The position numbers and the translations under genes were made by a program. Of a stretch of 64,000 nt of DNA, positions 13,501 through 27,515 are shown piece after piece; position 1 is the stretch's first letter, and the number at the start of each line of letters is the position of its first letter. Location: contig NC_135262.1 in the NCBI RefSeq assembly GCF_964204865.1, positions 1,240,001 through 1,304,000 of the forward strand, read 5' to 3'. The stretch is from Styela clava. Its lineage: Eukaryota. The notes under the pieces are model-generated. The model ran no database searches, was not told the origin of the DNA, and saw only the letters and a list, made by a program, of their open reading frames with translations.

Positions 13501-16132
13501 TTCTGTTTTTAGATATATGATCTTCAGCAGTATCGGCCAAGTGAAATAAAAAAATATGGATTGCTGAATTAGTTCAATAACTGATTTCAATTTAAAACCA
13601 AATTTAGAAATCAAATTTGGACAATGTGCCTGGTAATCACTCATTCATGATTATCTTAGCATGACTTGAACCAAGTGATTGGCTGCTAGACATTAGGATG
13701 ATTTTTTTAGTAGATTTTTGTATTTTAAATTGAGTCGAAAGTATTAAATTGAATTGTTGGAAATTGTTTACAAAACATTCGTTAAATGTGGCAACAATTT
13801 TCAAATCTGACACAAAGTTAATTTTGGCCAACTTTAAAACTCCTACAAATGTCTTATCTACAATGCTTTATAATTTCACCCAATATAGCCTGGATGAGTT
13901 TATAGTCGTTAGCTAATCACTTCCAAGGATTATAACATGGGATATCTAATTTGAGACGCCTCCAGGTTGAAGCAGCTCACAAGGTCATGACAGCTTCTGG
14001 ACTCCAAAAATAGCTCTTCTATCTGTAAATTAGAAGTGCCGGCAACTCTATGTATAAATACTGATTTCTCTTTTCTTTAACCCTGCATTCGAATAATTTC
14101 ATTTATTTTCTAACAATCAGGTTCAATCTATGCATTTGATGATTCTGGCTCCACCAGTAAAACAGTTGAGAAATTTGAGGGAACCTGGTCTCATGCCACG
14201 GATAAACCTGTGGGAGGGAAGTATATATCAATAGTTGCTGCAGGAGGTAGGTTTAGCAAAGGGTGACTTTATTAGTACTTTAATGTAGAATTGGCTGTAT
14301 TGGTGACAGAGCATCTATACCTACAAAGACATTTTAAAAATAAGATGTTCTTGATTCAAGTAAAAATTTTCAAGACAAATTAAATATTTTTATTAATTCA
14401 AAATTAAATATATTTGATATTTTGTATTCTTTGTTTCCGGAATAATTTTGAGTAATTTCATTTGTAAATTTAGAGCAATTTGATTGTTTCATAGTAACGT
14501 ATAAAACTTTTATTTCAGAAAACTGTAGAAAATAGATGCACATATTCGGAATGCTAAATTATTCCAATACCTTATTTAGGTACTCGGTACATGGTCCTAA
14601 ATTATAGTTGATCCTTTAAAACTTAAGTAAATAGAAGTCGGAGAGTTGAAAAGTCCGATTCTATAAAACAGCTCTTACCTGAGTTGTATATCAGATTTGG
14701 TGAAATAACGTGTAGTTACATAAAGATTGCCAACTTATAAAACACATTAATTTTTCATTTGATTCTATTCAGGTTTCATTTACTGTATTGGAGGTCACAA
14801 CGGTAAAAATCTATCAAATGCAATGAAATTCAATCCATCAGATTCGACATGGACGACACTTACTTCAATGCCAACTGCAAGACATGGTGCAGCTGTAGTT
14901 AAACTTGATGGGAAGATTTATATCGTTGGTAAGGAATTAGTCTTCAATACAGTTTGTGTTGCGCATACAGTGCAAATCAATTGCTCGATAAGTAGTTGTT
15001 CAGATGTACGAATCGTTTCCATGGTGCAGCTGTAGTTAAACTTGATGGGAAGATTTATATCGTTGGTAAGGAATTAGTCTTCAATACAGTTTGTGTTGCG
15101 CATACAGTGCAAATCAATTGCTCGATAACAAGTTGTTCAGGTGTACGAATCGTTTGCAAATTGACAGTTATCTTTTCCCTTTTCACTTTCAATGTAGCAT
15201 GAGCGAACGCTTCACTTTCCAATACTAAACCTTTGGATATATGCCTTTAATACCTTTAACATCGGGTTAATATTACACAGATTTGGCCAAGTGCTTCGTA
15301 ACTTTAATATGTTTTCTCCGGCTCACTTCCAAATTCAAAATACTCGAAAAACATGGTGAAATAGCTTTATGTAATATGAGTTACTCATAATTCCAAAAAT
15401 ATTTGCACACAGTATTTCAAGTCATGTCGGCACAAGCTCACTAGTTGACTAGTTATCAAACAAAAATATTGCAAATCGACTGATCGATATGAAGCTTTCA
15501 GATAATTTTATCGTTGTTACTATTTTGCAAGGTGGACACAGCAATGGCTGCTTGAACATTGTGGAATGCTTTGACACAGTTTCTGAAACATGGACCACAG
15601 TTGCCAGATTAAACAATCCAAGAAGATTTTTCAAAGCCTGTGTTGTTGAAGGAAAGATATTTGCTGTTGGAGGGTGAGTTAGAACTTGATTTATAAACTG
15701 AGATATTTTTTGCATGTATCTATTATTTAACCAACATGTTGCTTAGACCAAAAGTGAAAACAGCTTATTCTGTGTATTAGTAATTCAAACTCTAAATAAT
15801 CCTAGAATGATTAATAGCAACCCGGATTGGGTGATTTCCAATTGTTGATATCACTGGATTAAACACTAATACAACCCAATGTGTATCATATCAATACTTT
15901 ACCATCATCTGTGCATTCGTAAGTAAAAATTCAACCAATGTATAACTATATATATTAATTCTTGAGTTTGCTATTCAATACTTTAATTGCGTCGTTATTC
16001 TGTTGCAGGATTAATTCCAATGCCACAATAGAAGAATATGATCCCGCTGTAAACTCCTGGAAAGTTGTTGATTCAATGGATGGGAAAGACATTCAAATAT
16101 GGGCTTCTGTTGATTTGAATGTTCCGTTATAG
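10561..16132 (+). pseudogene. Kelch-like array copy 2, pseudogene. Exon-like segments 10561-10771 (fused exon 1/exon 3), 11115-11332, 11686-11821, 12063-12156, 12354-12371, 12816-12892, 13202-13382, 14121-14246, 14773-14928, 15532-15673, 16009-16132
   Basis: BTB exon 2 is deleted; frameshift near 10710; TCA>TAA nonsense at 11318-11320; 11-bp deletion in the 147-bp exon (136 bp here); 9-bp in-frame deletion in a kelch exon. The downstream kelch exons are still open. Confidence 0.85.
14883..15156 (+). repeat. 137-bp tandem duplication of a kelch exon 3' end, its splice donor and intron start
   Basis: catggtgcagctgtagttaaacttgatggg...gtacgaatcgttt at 14883-15019 and 15020-15156, with ~4 differences. 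Confidence 0.92.
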
Positions 16133-18461
16133 ACAATGACTAAATATCCCACGCCACTGCTTTCAACTTCAACTCTTTTACACTGCTATGATTGACAATC
16201 ACTCCAATGTTTGAGAAATAAACGGATTTACTCATTCTGCGTATTATATCAAAACAGTAGATTTCCAATCTAATAAATTTTTTCTTTATCGTTGTGATTT
16301 AAAATTGTGAATTTAATTTTATTCAGAAAAACTATTCAAGTTAATATTAAACCTTGAAATTGATTGGATTCCCTTGTTGGGCCCCTTTTTATCAAAAATG
16401 TATTGTTTATATTAGCTTAGTAATTACTTTGTATAGTAGTTATTTCTTCATCCAAATATTTTCTTCATTACTTTTATGTAACATTTAATTATCGATAGTA
16501 TGTAGAGAGAAAATTACTGAAAATAAAATTAGGTCGTGTGTGTAATTCCAGCGATATCATTTGTCAGATTTAGAAATTACTGCCGACATTATTGTTATGT
16601 GATTTTCATATCTACACTACTACCAACGCTTGAGGGATGGTGTGGCCCGTTTGTAGATGAAGCAGAAACTTATTATACGTATTGGATGTCGTTGCTTGAT
16701 AACCAGTGCCGCCTCTCTTGGTACTGAATTCCCTTTCTGCGCTGTACTTTTAAATGATTCTTTTTACCAAAGTACTCTAAACTATATATATTTGCGCCAC
16801 AGTGGCTGCCTTTTAACTCTCCTGCAAATACTTATTCCATTGCTAAAAAGAGCTCGGTACCTCGCTTTGACCATGATTATGAAAGGGTATCTCCCTATGA
16901 AAAGCATTGAAAGCGAGGAGAAAAGTTCAATCAGTTAATCCTGTGCAAACATAAAACTGGAGAATAATTCTCCGCCTATTTTCCTGGAAATTCGGGTAAA
17001 CAACTACGCCTTGTCATATCTAGTATTTAAATGAAGGAATGAATCACTCCGGTTTCGACAATTTATCTCAATGTCGAAACATTTATCAAAATCTTCAGGT
17101 GAGTTCATATTCACAAAACTAAAAAACTGTTTTCCAACATAGAAGTTATACCAAAAATTGGCAATTTTACCAAAATGTCCCGACATGTTCTAAAAGAGTT
17201 CACAAAACATGAGAGCCGAAGATAAAATTGCACCTCCTTTTGTATGTTCAGTTTTCTGTTCAAAGAAAAGTATCCAAAGTACTTGGCATATAATTACTTC
17301 TGGGATTCCTTGTGTGAAGTGTATTCTACTGTTTCAAACTATGTCATTCAATAGATCAGGGCTACTAAACTATTTTTACCGAATACAGAACTTTCAAAAT
17401 TTCTGTGGTCCGGTCTTTTCAAAAATTATATTTCGACATCCTTGAACGCACGCTTTCCCGGTCGGCTAATGACTATTCGCTAATCAAGATAGCGCTATTC
17501 GAAATGTTTATAATCATATTTAATGAAAAGAAACCTCCACATATCAAAAGTGAGATAAATGACTTAAAATGAAGAATCAGATGCGGTACAAATCAAATAG
17601 TCGAAAAGTCAGGATTCGGACCGTGGTCAGCCAGTTGAGTAGCCCTACAATAGGTAATTCATCGCAAACAACCTAGTTTTGTGAGGCTGGATTTAGTGCA
17701 ATGTGTGTAATGAAAACGCAACATCGAAATGAGCAGGAAGTTGAAGACTATCGTCTATGCATGAGTAAAACCACGCCACAATTTTAGAAATTCGGTGTGA
17801 GCCAAGGAAGCTCGTTTTTCTCAGATTTATAAGAATTTCTAGTAAAATAAATGTTAAATAAAAATGAATATTTTAGGTTTTTTTTTTATGGAAGTACTGC
17901 GAGTATATTCAAATATCCCGTCGCGGGATTTCACTATTTGTTTAGGTCTTAGGTCTTTGTTAGGTCCCCCTACGATAAAATGAAAAAATAGGACATTTTG
18001 CTCTCCGCCGAGACGAATACAAAATATTTTATTCTTCAGTTACCTATTTTCGACCAGTAATATAATGTAGAATACCCGACATTGTGAGCGAAGTTGGCTC
18101 TTTTTATTTAACGCACGAATAATCACAACTGTTTTGGCTATACGGGGAATCCCCTCTATATTGATACATCAGATTCTGCTGTCTGGAATCTCATAATCGA
18201 CTCGTAAATCAAGAAATGCGGTTGTCAAATTAAAGATGCAGTAAATCAATTATCTAACCAGTTATTCACAGTTTTCACCAGGCAGATGTAAGTGATATAT
18301 TGTTGGCTTTTCTGCTTCTCATAGTAATTTAACCGGGATAGCATTTTACTGCTATTGTTTATCCAACTAGAATTGTAAAACTATTATTTATCAAGCTATT
18401 TTGGTTAATCTAAAACATAGTGAGTTTAGTTAGAACTTTCTAATTACCTGGAACTGATACA

Positions 18462-21400
18462 ATGAATCTAACTCTTGATGCATATGATTTGAAGCACTGT
18501 GGAAAAATGATGATGGCACTAAACAAGTAAGTAATAAAAGTTCATGTAAAATTTACTGCTTTGTGACTATTGTGTTGAAATCTGACTGAGAATATTTAGA
18601 ACCTTCTGAAATATAATATCAAATTCTGATAGGGCATTAGAATCTTCTTGTTTTTATGCAGAGGCTACAGAAAATTACATCTAAGCTGACAGAATTATTA
18701 CACTTAAAATACACAAAGAATATTCTGCCAAGCAAGTTTATACAAATAAAAGTTAGTGTGGACTATAAACCTAGATATTATACACCTATGGTATTGGTGG
18801 ATACTATTAGGATTCAGAATAGTTTAAAAATCAAATGATGAATGTCTAATAAAGGCAGATCATGGCACTGAATCATAATAAGACATAATATACCTTCTGG
18901 GTGGTGTAATTAAGTAAATTAAATTTCTTAGTCCTAATAATTTATTGATAAAATCTTTATATTTTGCACGATAAGTAAAGTAGTCAGTTATTTTAGAAGT
19001 ATCTATCTAATCTTATTACTATAATTCGAAAATAAAATATATTTTTGTAAAACGCCGTGTATTTAACAATTGAGTACATAAAATTTAAGTTGAATTTACT
19101 GCCTTTTTATTATTGCTTGAAATTTGATCAAGTAATTTTATAACTTCATGAAATGTAGTATCACGCCCACCTATAGCATTTGAAAGCATCCTGCTTTAAA
19201 AATAGTTTGATTCTATCTAAAAGGGGAATACAAAAAAAACTGGCAGAATTATTACCCTCTGATTGGGCCTTGATTATTCTGTAAACCAGTTTTAGAGTGT
19301 GTAGGTCATAATTCAAATTAAATGCTATATTGAGATTTGTTGAAAATGGATGCAAGCCAGTACCGGTAATTTTCAGGTCTGGGTCGTAATCTTCATTTTC
19401 TCTTTTTCACAAGGTTATCACTGAAGCGTAACTGGCCAGAATAATCCTATTTCAGTCTAAGTTGCTATTTTACATAGTACTGTTTATTGTTTCTGCGATG
19501 TGTCTACTCTATTACAATATTGAGTCCTTGTTAATAGCATTACTGGTCATAATGACAGTTACCGTATTCTCAGTTCAGGAGTTGAGTCTATTTCATTATC
19601 GTTCGGCAATTTCTATCACTTGAAATTATTATAGCAACACCGAATAGATTGAATATTATGTACTATGCTGTCGTTGACCCACCACTATTGCCCTTATATA
19701 TTCTCTTTGATTCTGTATATCTTAGATTAGATAGGGATGAGTTAGGTTAGCAAAAGTGTTGAACAACATAAGATAAGCATAGAAAGGTGGGACGATAACT
19801 CAATATTTCAACTTTATTTTAATTTAAGAAAAAAAAAGTTCAAATTAATGAATTAATTGTGGGGCGATAACAGGAAGTTATTGAACAATAAACAAGTGAG
19901 CAATACACATATCGTATATTTGCATATTTAATTAATAGTGTTCTCTTGCCTCATATAAGAATGTTCCCATTAATGTTTAGACATATACTTTCTCGTGAAC
20001 AGTTGGTACCATAAGTTTGTAAAGGTGAAATAGTTCGGCTTAGGTTAGTTTTCCTCAATCACTAATAAATATCACTGAAGCGTAGCTGGTCAGAATAATC
20101 TAATTTCAACCCATTGCTATTTTGCATGGAATCATTTTGGTTTTAATTCGTGCCCGTATGACCATATGGCCATTAAGGAATCCCCATTGGAATATTATTA
20201 GGAATCCCCATTGGAAACTTTTTTATGTGTCAGTCATTCTCAAATTTTCTAAATGATAAACAATGCACTCCGTAAACCTTTAATATCCTACAATATATGA
20301 GGAGTTCTATTGGATCAACTGAAGATGCAAACTCCAAATATACACGAGTTACCAGTATATATTTCAATTCAGACAAAGAGAAAGCAAAGAACATACTGAC
20401 TTCGCAATTATGGTCGGAGATGAGAAAATACCAGCACACAGGAATGTTCTGTCTGCAGGATCAGATTATTTTCGTGCAATGTTGTCTCATGAAGTGAGTG
20501 TTGTGTTATACTATGTGGAGAAATAAAAGTGATGTTTACTTGTTACTAATACAATATGTCTATCCTCTTCCAATATATTTTACCTCAACTGTTCCACATG
20601 ATTGCAATAATAAACCATTGTCAACGTTCACCCGTTTATGATGAGTAGAATGTATATTGAAGAGATTAAACCGAATCGACTGTGTTATATTGCAGAACGT
20701 TGAGAGCAGCAGTGGCGTTGTGGTAATGAAAGAGGTTCAATACTCAAGTGTAAAATCTTGCATCGATTATATATACACCGGTCATGTTTCAACTGCCGAC
20801 AGTGAACAACTTATGCATACCGCTCATATGCTCCAGTTGCAAGGTATATAGGTTGTGTTTATTATTTTTAAATCGGTAACACTATAAAACAATAATCTTT
20901 ATTTAAAATTTGAGTTATAGATTAAGTAGCAGGAAAAGCTATAGCTTTTACATCCCCTGCCCAACGGTTCACATGTCTTCAGTTCAGCCACAGTTCACGT
21001 TTCGATTTAGGTCATGCGGGATGTAGTTTCAAATTATACCAATCCCATCAATGTCTGGATCATAATCGTAACCAATATGAATCAAAATTACTACCTTACT
21101 TTTTAAATATATTCAGGCTTGTGCGACAAAATTGCAATATCTCTTGAGAAAGAACTGAGTTCAAAATCGTTCTATTCCACAAAAATGATCGCAAGCACTT
21201 TCAACTGCTTTAATTTAGTTGAAAGTTGCAACAAATATGCTCTGAGAAATTTCCAATCAATTGCTGCCGGGGATGATTTCAAACATTTGGATGAAGAATA
21301 TGTTTCTTTCCTGCTTGGATCAAAAGTACTCAATGTAAGGGATATAAAATTGCTAATATGTTAATTTGCTCATACTATATATGAAATTATAATGTATTTA

Positions 21401-24400
21401 ATATCATTATCGTTAGAAATTCAGCTTTTTATCTTATTCAGCAAGTACACTCAGATACAAGCTTATATCACCCATATTCCTACAAATCTATATGTTTTCC
21501 ATTTCCAATTGTAGGCGACTGAAGAGGTCAAGTGCAAAGCTTTGATTATCTGGAGCAACTTTGATGTAGTAACCCGAACATCAACATTTGTAAAATTATT
21601 TGAAAATCTAGATTTGGCGAAGATATCAGAGAAATATCAAAAGTTTTTGTTGGAGAAAGAGGTTGGAGAATTAATATTTGGCATCAAAATAGTTAGATAA
21701 TTAATCCATGTAGTGGAATACTGGACATTACTGAACTTGTGATATGTTTTCTTACTTCGTACTTTGCCACATTCCAAGAAAATAACGACATTCGTTACTT
21801 TGTTGACCACCAGTTTTGTGGCTTGTTCACAGTGAACACTATTTTTCACCTCATTTTATCCTTGGGCTAAGTGAATATTACACTCAGTGACAATGAACTT
21901 CATTTTATGATTCAGCCTCTGGTCTTTGATTCTGCACGTCACCATGCAACACTGATGAATACTTCAACTGGTGGATCAAATGTCGTAGCTGAAGACATTG
22001 ACATCACAAGTAAGTATATTTATTGGTTTTGATAACGTCACAAAGATTTGAGTGAACATTTCTGTTCGTGATTTCTTATCCACGATTTTTTCGATGCCAC
22101 AGGTTGGAAAATTAATATAGAACTTTTCTTTTCCAGATGCTGCAAAGCCGATCAACGGTAAGTTTGTATAAAACAAAATATCAGTATTTTTTGCTGTAAG
22201 GTTGTGACATTAGTTCATCGTGTTATGACGTGAACTGTAATTTGATTACCTAATTGATACTTCATTGAAAAGTACAAACCTTATATAAAAGTATGTGTTT
22301 GGGTAATCATCATTAGTTCAAGTAAACAACTATGTTGGTTGATGGTCGCGTTTATTTTTCATCCATGTTTACAGTTCCTTATTATTCTTCAGCAATTGCT
22401 GTTTTTGATATGAAATCAAGATCAATTCATGCATTTCATCCAAAGACAAAAACCTGGACCAAACTCCAGGTTTGTAAAGTAACATTCTTTAAAGGCTCTT
22501 TGACTACAATACCAGTAAATGAAAATTTATTTAGTTCTGCTTCTAAAAGTCCTAAATTCCGACCCATGGTTATCATGACTAGGGCTGGGCATTTCGCATG
22601 GAAAAGTAAATTATTCGAATCGGTTCGGTCGGCAATTTTGAATCGACGCCATCTTGTTTTCTGATATCTGCATGCAGGTTGAGGTTAATTACTCTTTTTT
22701 TTATTCAAGTCTTATTTTAAAATGCAATTCAGACATTTGACTCTTTTCTCCCTATTGTTGAAACATGTTTCTTATTGTGTGTGAACACTCAACAAACTGT
22801 CTGAAGGATAGACCACGTGTTTTCACCGATTTATGCGTCTGGAGGACCCATCACAAAAAAATCTCGTACACTTATTCGAGACTCAATTCGAAAAAAATTT
22901 CGACTCCATTCCGAAATTAACAGATGTTCGAAAATGCCTAGCCTTATCCATGATTATTATAAAATCGCGTTCAAACTCACCTTTTAACAGCAAATATCTT
23001 CTCTTCAACAACACAAGCTTCGAAATGTCCACCATGGTTTCCTTGACTCAAATCAATCCTGCAATCTTATTCAACAGGGCATCAGTGCTGACTTTGTTGG
23101 CAAACACTTCACTGCTGTAGCACTTGATGACATAATCTATGTTCTTTTGTTTGATGGAACCAATTATCAGCTAAATTATACTGATATCAATGCTACATGG
23201 GTTAGACTGGAAGATCGGAGATTGACAAAGAATCGTGTGGCAGCTATTGCATTTGAAGGTTGGTAGGAATAAATTTAAAGATTCTGATTTGAAGTGGAAT
23301 ATACAAATTTTTAATGTTCTTGTGGATGAAAGATCACTCATTGACTCAAAAATATTTTATTTCAAATTAATATATTCTTCGTGGAATTGGCTAACTGAAA
23401 GGGCAAAATTTTCCAATAGTAATTATGTGATTACTTTTTTCTTCAATCTTTGCATTTGAATAATTTCATTTGTCTTCTAACAACCAGGTTCAATCTATGC
23501 ATTTGATGATTCTTGCGACACCAGCAAAACAGTTGAAAAATTTGATTCATCTGATGGAACTTGGTCTCATGTCGCTGATAAACCTGTGGAAGGGTGTTCT
23601 ACATCAATAATAGCTGTAGGAAGTATGTTCGATTAAGATATATACTACCTAATATTCAGATAATTCAGAAAACCATCCGCAGATCGAAAGGTGACCATGT
23701 TTTTCCGGTGATTGGCCATATCAAATTATTGCAAGAAATATACAAGCATTTGAGTGAAAAATAATTGATGTAAGAACCGATGTTAATTTAATTGCCCTGG
23801 CTGCCCAACTGATGGTACATTATAATAGTTTAATTAGAGTCGATTTTATCAATTTTTATCACGTATTTGTTGGTTTGTTTTCATTTAATTCGTGCGTTGG
23901 CGAGTCACCAGAAAAACGCAGAGGGGGTCACTTCTTGGTGCTATAATATTAAATCAAGTATTTTTTTTAGTCCAGTTGGAATAAAAATTGAATTTTCACA
24001 CACTTTATTTGATTCTATCTAATATCTTCAAAACAATTGAATATTGGTATTGATTCGAAATTGAATGTATTTGATATTTTAAATTCTTAGTTTTCGGAAT
24101 AATTTTGAGTCATTTTATCTGTAAAGTAAACATTTTTAGCAATTCGAGTGTCTCAGGACAACGTAAAAAAACTTCGTTTCTGAAAACTGTAGAAAGTGAG
24201 TATGGTATTTCGAATGGTCGCAAATATTATTTCTAAACGTATTCGGAATAGTAAATTAAATTATTCGACTCCAGTACTCTGGACTGGACTATAGAGAGTG
24301 CTCAGGCCATAGTACTAAACTATTTTTTATTGGGCAAACTTATCCCACGATTCAAATTGATATCATACGTATGATCAACGTTTTAGTTATGGCAATCTAA

Positions 24401-25760
24401 CGATGATCATAGCGCATTTTCTGACGTTTGGAGAATATTCGATTCAGGATGAGAAAAATAAAAACTTAATGGGTTTCTCCAATTGCAATTATGTGGCGGA
24501 TTGGCCAAGTTGATAAACGGTTATTCACTGCTTTATGTATGAGTTATGTTGAAGGAACTTGTTGTCATTTTCAAAACGTATTCGTAGTTTCCACTTATTT
24601 GTTAAGGTTTCATATACTGTATTGGAGGATACAATGAAGGAAATTTATCAAATACAGTAATGTTCAATCCATCAGATTCAACATGGACAACACTCCCCCC
24701 AATGACAAATGCAAGAAATCGTGCAGCTGCTGTTGAGCTCGATGGAAAGATTTATGTTATAGGTGAGAATTTAGTTTGTAGTGTATTTTGTGCTGTCCAT
24801 GTACTATATCTTAGATTGCAGCAACTAAGCCTTCTACAATTTGACAGTCATTGACTGCGATATTATTGATGTTAGACTTATAAAAATTAGCTCAAGACTC
24901 TTAATAAATCTATTTAGTTAAGATCAAAAATGATTTCTTTAAAAGCAATTCACTTGGTTTTCATCTCTACAAAATACTAGCAAGGCTATAAAATATGTTT
25001 TATTTTAAAGACTTTCCATAATTTCCGATTCTTTTTGGTTCAGCGATTAGAAGCTTATAAATGTGATACTGCAATCGACAAAAACTCACTAGTTAACTTG
25101 TTTCGCGGCAAAATCTTGCAAATATTCTAATTTGAAATTGTTCTATATCTCCACGATAATTTTATTTGACTAGGTGGATACACCGATGAATACTTAAATA
25201 TGTTGGAATGCTTCGACACTGTTTCTGAAACGTGGACCACTGTTCCCTGTTTAAACAATTCAAGAGGACATTTCAACGCTTGTGTTATTGAGGAGAAAAT
25301 ATTTGCTGTTGAAAGGTGAGTTTGAACGCGGTTTTATCATGGTATATATCAGCTTAGTATCTGCGTAAAATGTAGCCTGATAGCAAAGTTTAGAAATGCT
25401 CCTTCGTTGGCTGACAATATTTAGCGACTGTTGTTGTATTGAGATGATTGTAGTCTACGTTATTATTTAAATAGAAGTACTTTATGTTATTTCCTTTTTC
25501 TCTTTTTGCACCACTATCCAAAACGGCGCCACGACACATGGCTGCCATACCCTAGTTACATAACTGTATCAGCTATATAAATATCAAGCTTTGGATTTAC
25601 TATTTGATACTTTGATTCTGTCGTTGTTTATTACAGAAATAGGTCAAAGAGCACAATAGAAGAATTTGATTTCACTGTGAATTCCTGGGTAGTTGTTGGG
25701 ACACTGGGTAGAAAAAACATCGAGAAAGGGGCATCCATAATTTTGAATGTTCCATTATGA
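18462..25760 (+). CDS. Kelch-like BTB-BACK-Kelch protein, array copy 3, apparently intact, 542 aa. Exons 18462-18526, 20373-20493, 20696-20843, 21117-21334, 21515-21661, 21916-22009, 22137-22157, 22393-22469, 23078-23258, 23488-23622, 24607-24762, 25174-25315, 25637-25760
   Basis: Exon sum is 1629 nt (543 codons) with all phases compatible. BTB signature TDFAIMVGDEKIPAHRNVLSAGSDYFRAMLSHE...CIDYIYTGHV...QLMHTAHMLQL; BACK and kelch blades follow; TGA at 25758-25760. Confidence 0.9.
22580..22946. mobile_element. hAT-like MITE (TAGGGCTGGGC termini)
   Basis: TAGGGCTGGGCATTTCG ... CGAAAATGCCTAGCCTTA; TTCGA subterminal repeats; homologous to 42725-43117. Confidence 0.75.
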
Positions 25761-26717
25761 ACAAGAACCGGATTTTTAAAACCTTCAACAAATATTTTTG
25801 AATGCTATAATTTACAGTTGATGTTTGACAACTTTACTGATTTACTTATTAAACTTGATTGATTAAAACAGCGGAAAATGTTTTCTTTTGTCGTGATTTG
25901 CAATTGTAAACACAAATTTATCCTGCTATACTCAATTACGCTTTACGTATGGTGAGACTTATTTGTAGATAAGGGGCAAAACCTATTATACATTTTAGGC
26001 GTCGTATTCCGCACTGTTCGTGTAAAATGTGTTTTATTTCCAGTATGGTAAAAAAATAAACTACTAAAAACTAAACATTGGTAAAATGGGTTGCCATTTG
26101 ATAGTTCATTGCCCACCACAACTCGTTTAAAGTTTCATATCCCACACACTCCAGCGCCGCCGTTTATATTTCGATTGAAAACATTTTACTATTACTTTTA
26201 TTTTTTATCATACTTGTGCCGTGCAGCGAAAATATATATATTCTTTGTATTAGTTATTAAAAGTGTTTTTCAGCGGCATTCACTTAATCAAGTCCCTAAA
26301 TAAGCAATCATTCGACCACGATAAAATGCTGTAGCTGGAGCGATTCGATTTTTTATGTCCAGCATGATGAATTTTTGGTGCCCCTGTCCAAACGGCGCTT
26401 ATGGCACAAGCCATGGCTGCCAAACCCAGGACCAGTTGGCCATGGCTCACTGCTGGGACACGCAGCTATTGAAAATTGCTGGAGTTTTTATAAATCAATT
26501 AGTTTTGATTGTAGTAGCAATAAATAATGATGTTATTTTTGCGACTGAGTGGTAATTTACATTTAAACTGAAGAGTTTTTGTTTTTCTCGTTGTATTTCT
26601 CTTGAAGTTTTGAAGAAAGTAAATTGGCCACGGAATTTTTGTTCGACGAAAGTTTGCCACAAAAAAAGGTTTGAAGGAAAGGAAAAAAGTTTGAGAACCA
26701 CTGCCCCAAATACAACA

Positions 26718-27515
26718 TTGTATCAGCTATATATATATATAAATATCAAGTTTTCATTTTACTATCCAATACTTGGATTCTGTAACTGTTTATTGCTGAA
26801 ATAGGTCAAAGAGCACAATAATTTGATTTCACTGTGAACTCTTGGGGAATTGTTGGAACACTAGATAGAAAAAGACATCAATAAAGGGGCATTCATTACT
26901 TTGAATGTTTCATTATAAACAAGAACTGGATTTTAGAAATCTTCAACAAATATTTTTAAATGCTATAACTTACAGATACTTCGATCTTTGACAATTTTTA
27001 CTGATTTAGTTATCAAACATGTTTGATTAAAACAGCTGAAAAATTTTTTTGGCTTGATTTGCAATTGCAAATATAATTTTATTCAGCGATACTCAAATTA
27101 TTCAGGTCAACATTGGAACTCAATTACTCTTTACTAATTATACATTGAAGGTGTCGTTGTGCGACATCGCGTTTTCCCTCGCTCCGAATTACCGTATATA
27201 AAATGTGTATTTTAATCTAATATAAAATAAACTATTAATTACTAACACTGCGTAAGATGGTGGCCATTTATTAGTTCCTATCATTGTCCACGAATCGTTT
27301 CATAACCCTTCAACGTATGGTGCGACTCATTTGTAGATAAAAGCCGCAACTTATTATGCATTTCTGACGTCGTTGTCTGCACTGTTCATGTACAATGTGT
27401 AAAATTTTCATTATGGTGAAAAAATAAACTACTAAAAACTAAACATTGGTAAAATGGGTTGCCATTTCATGGTTCCTATCATTGCCCACCACAACTCGTT
27501 TAAAGTTTCATATCC
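26718..27515 (+). pseudogene. Orphan duplicate of the Kelch copy 3 terminal exon and 3' flank
   Basis: Aligns by eye to ~25565-26140; acceptor TTACAG mutated to TTGCTG; small indels disrupt the frame. Confidence 0.85.
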
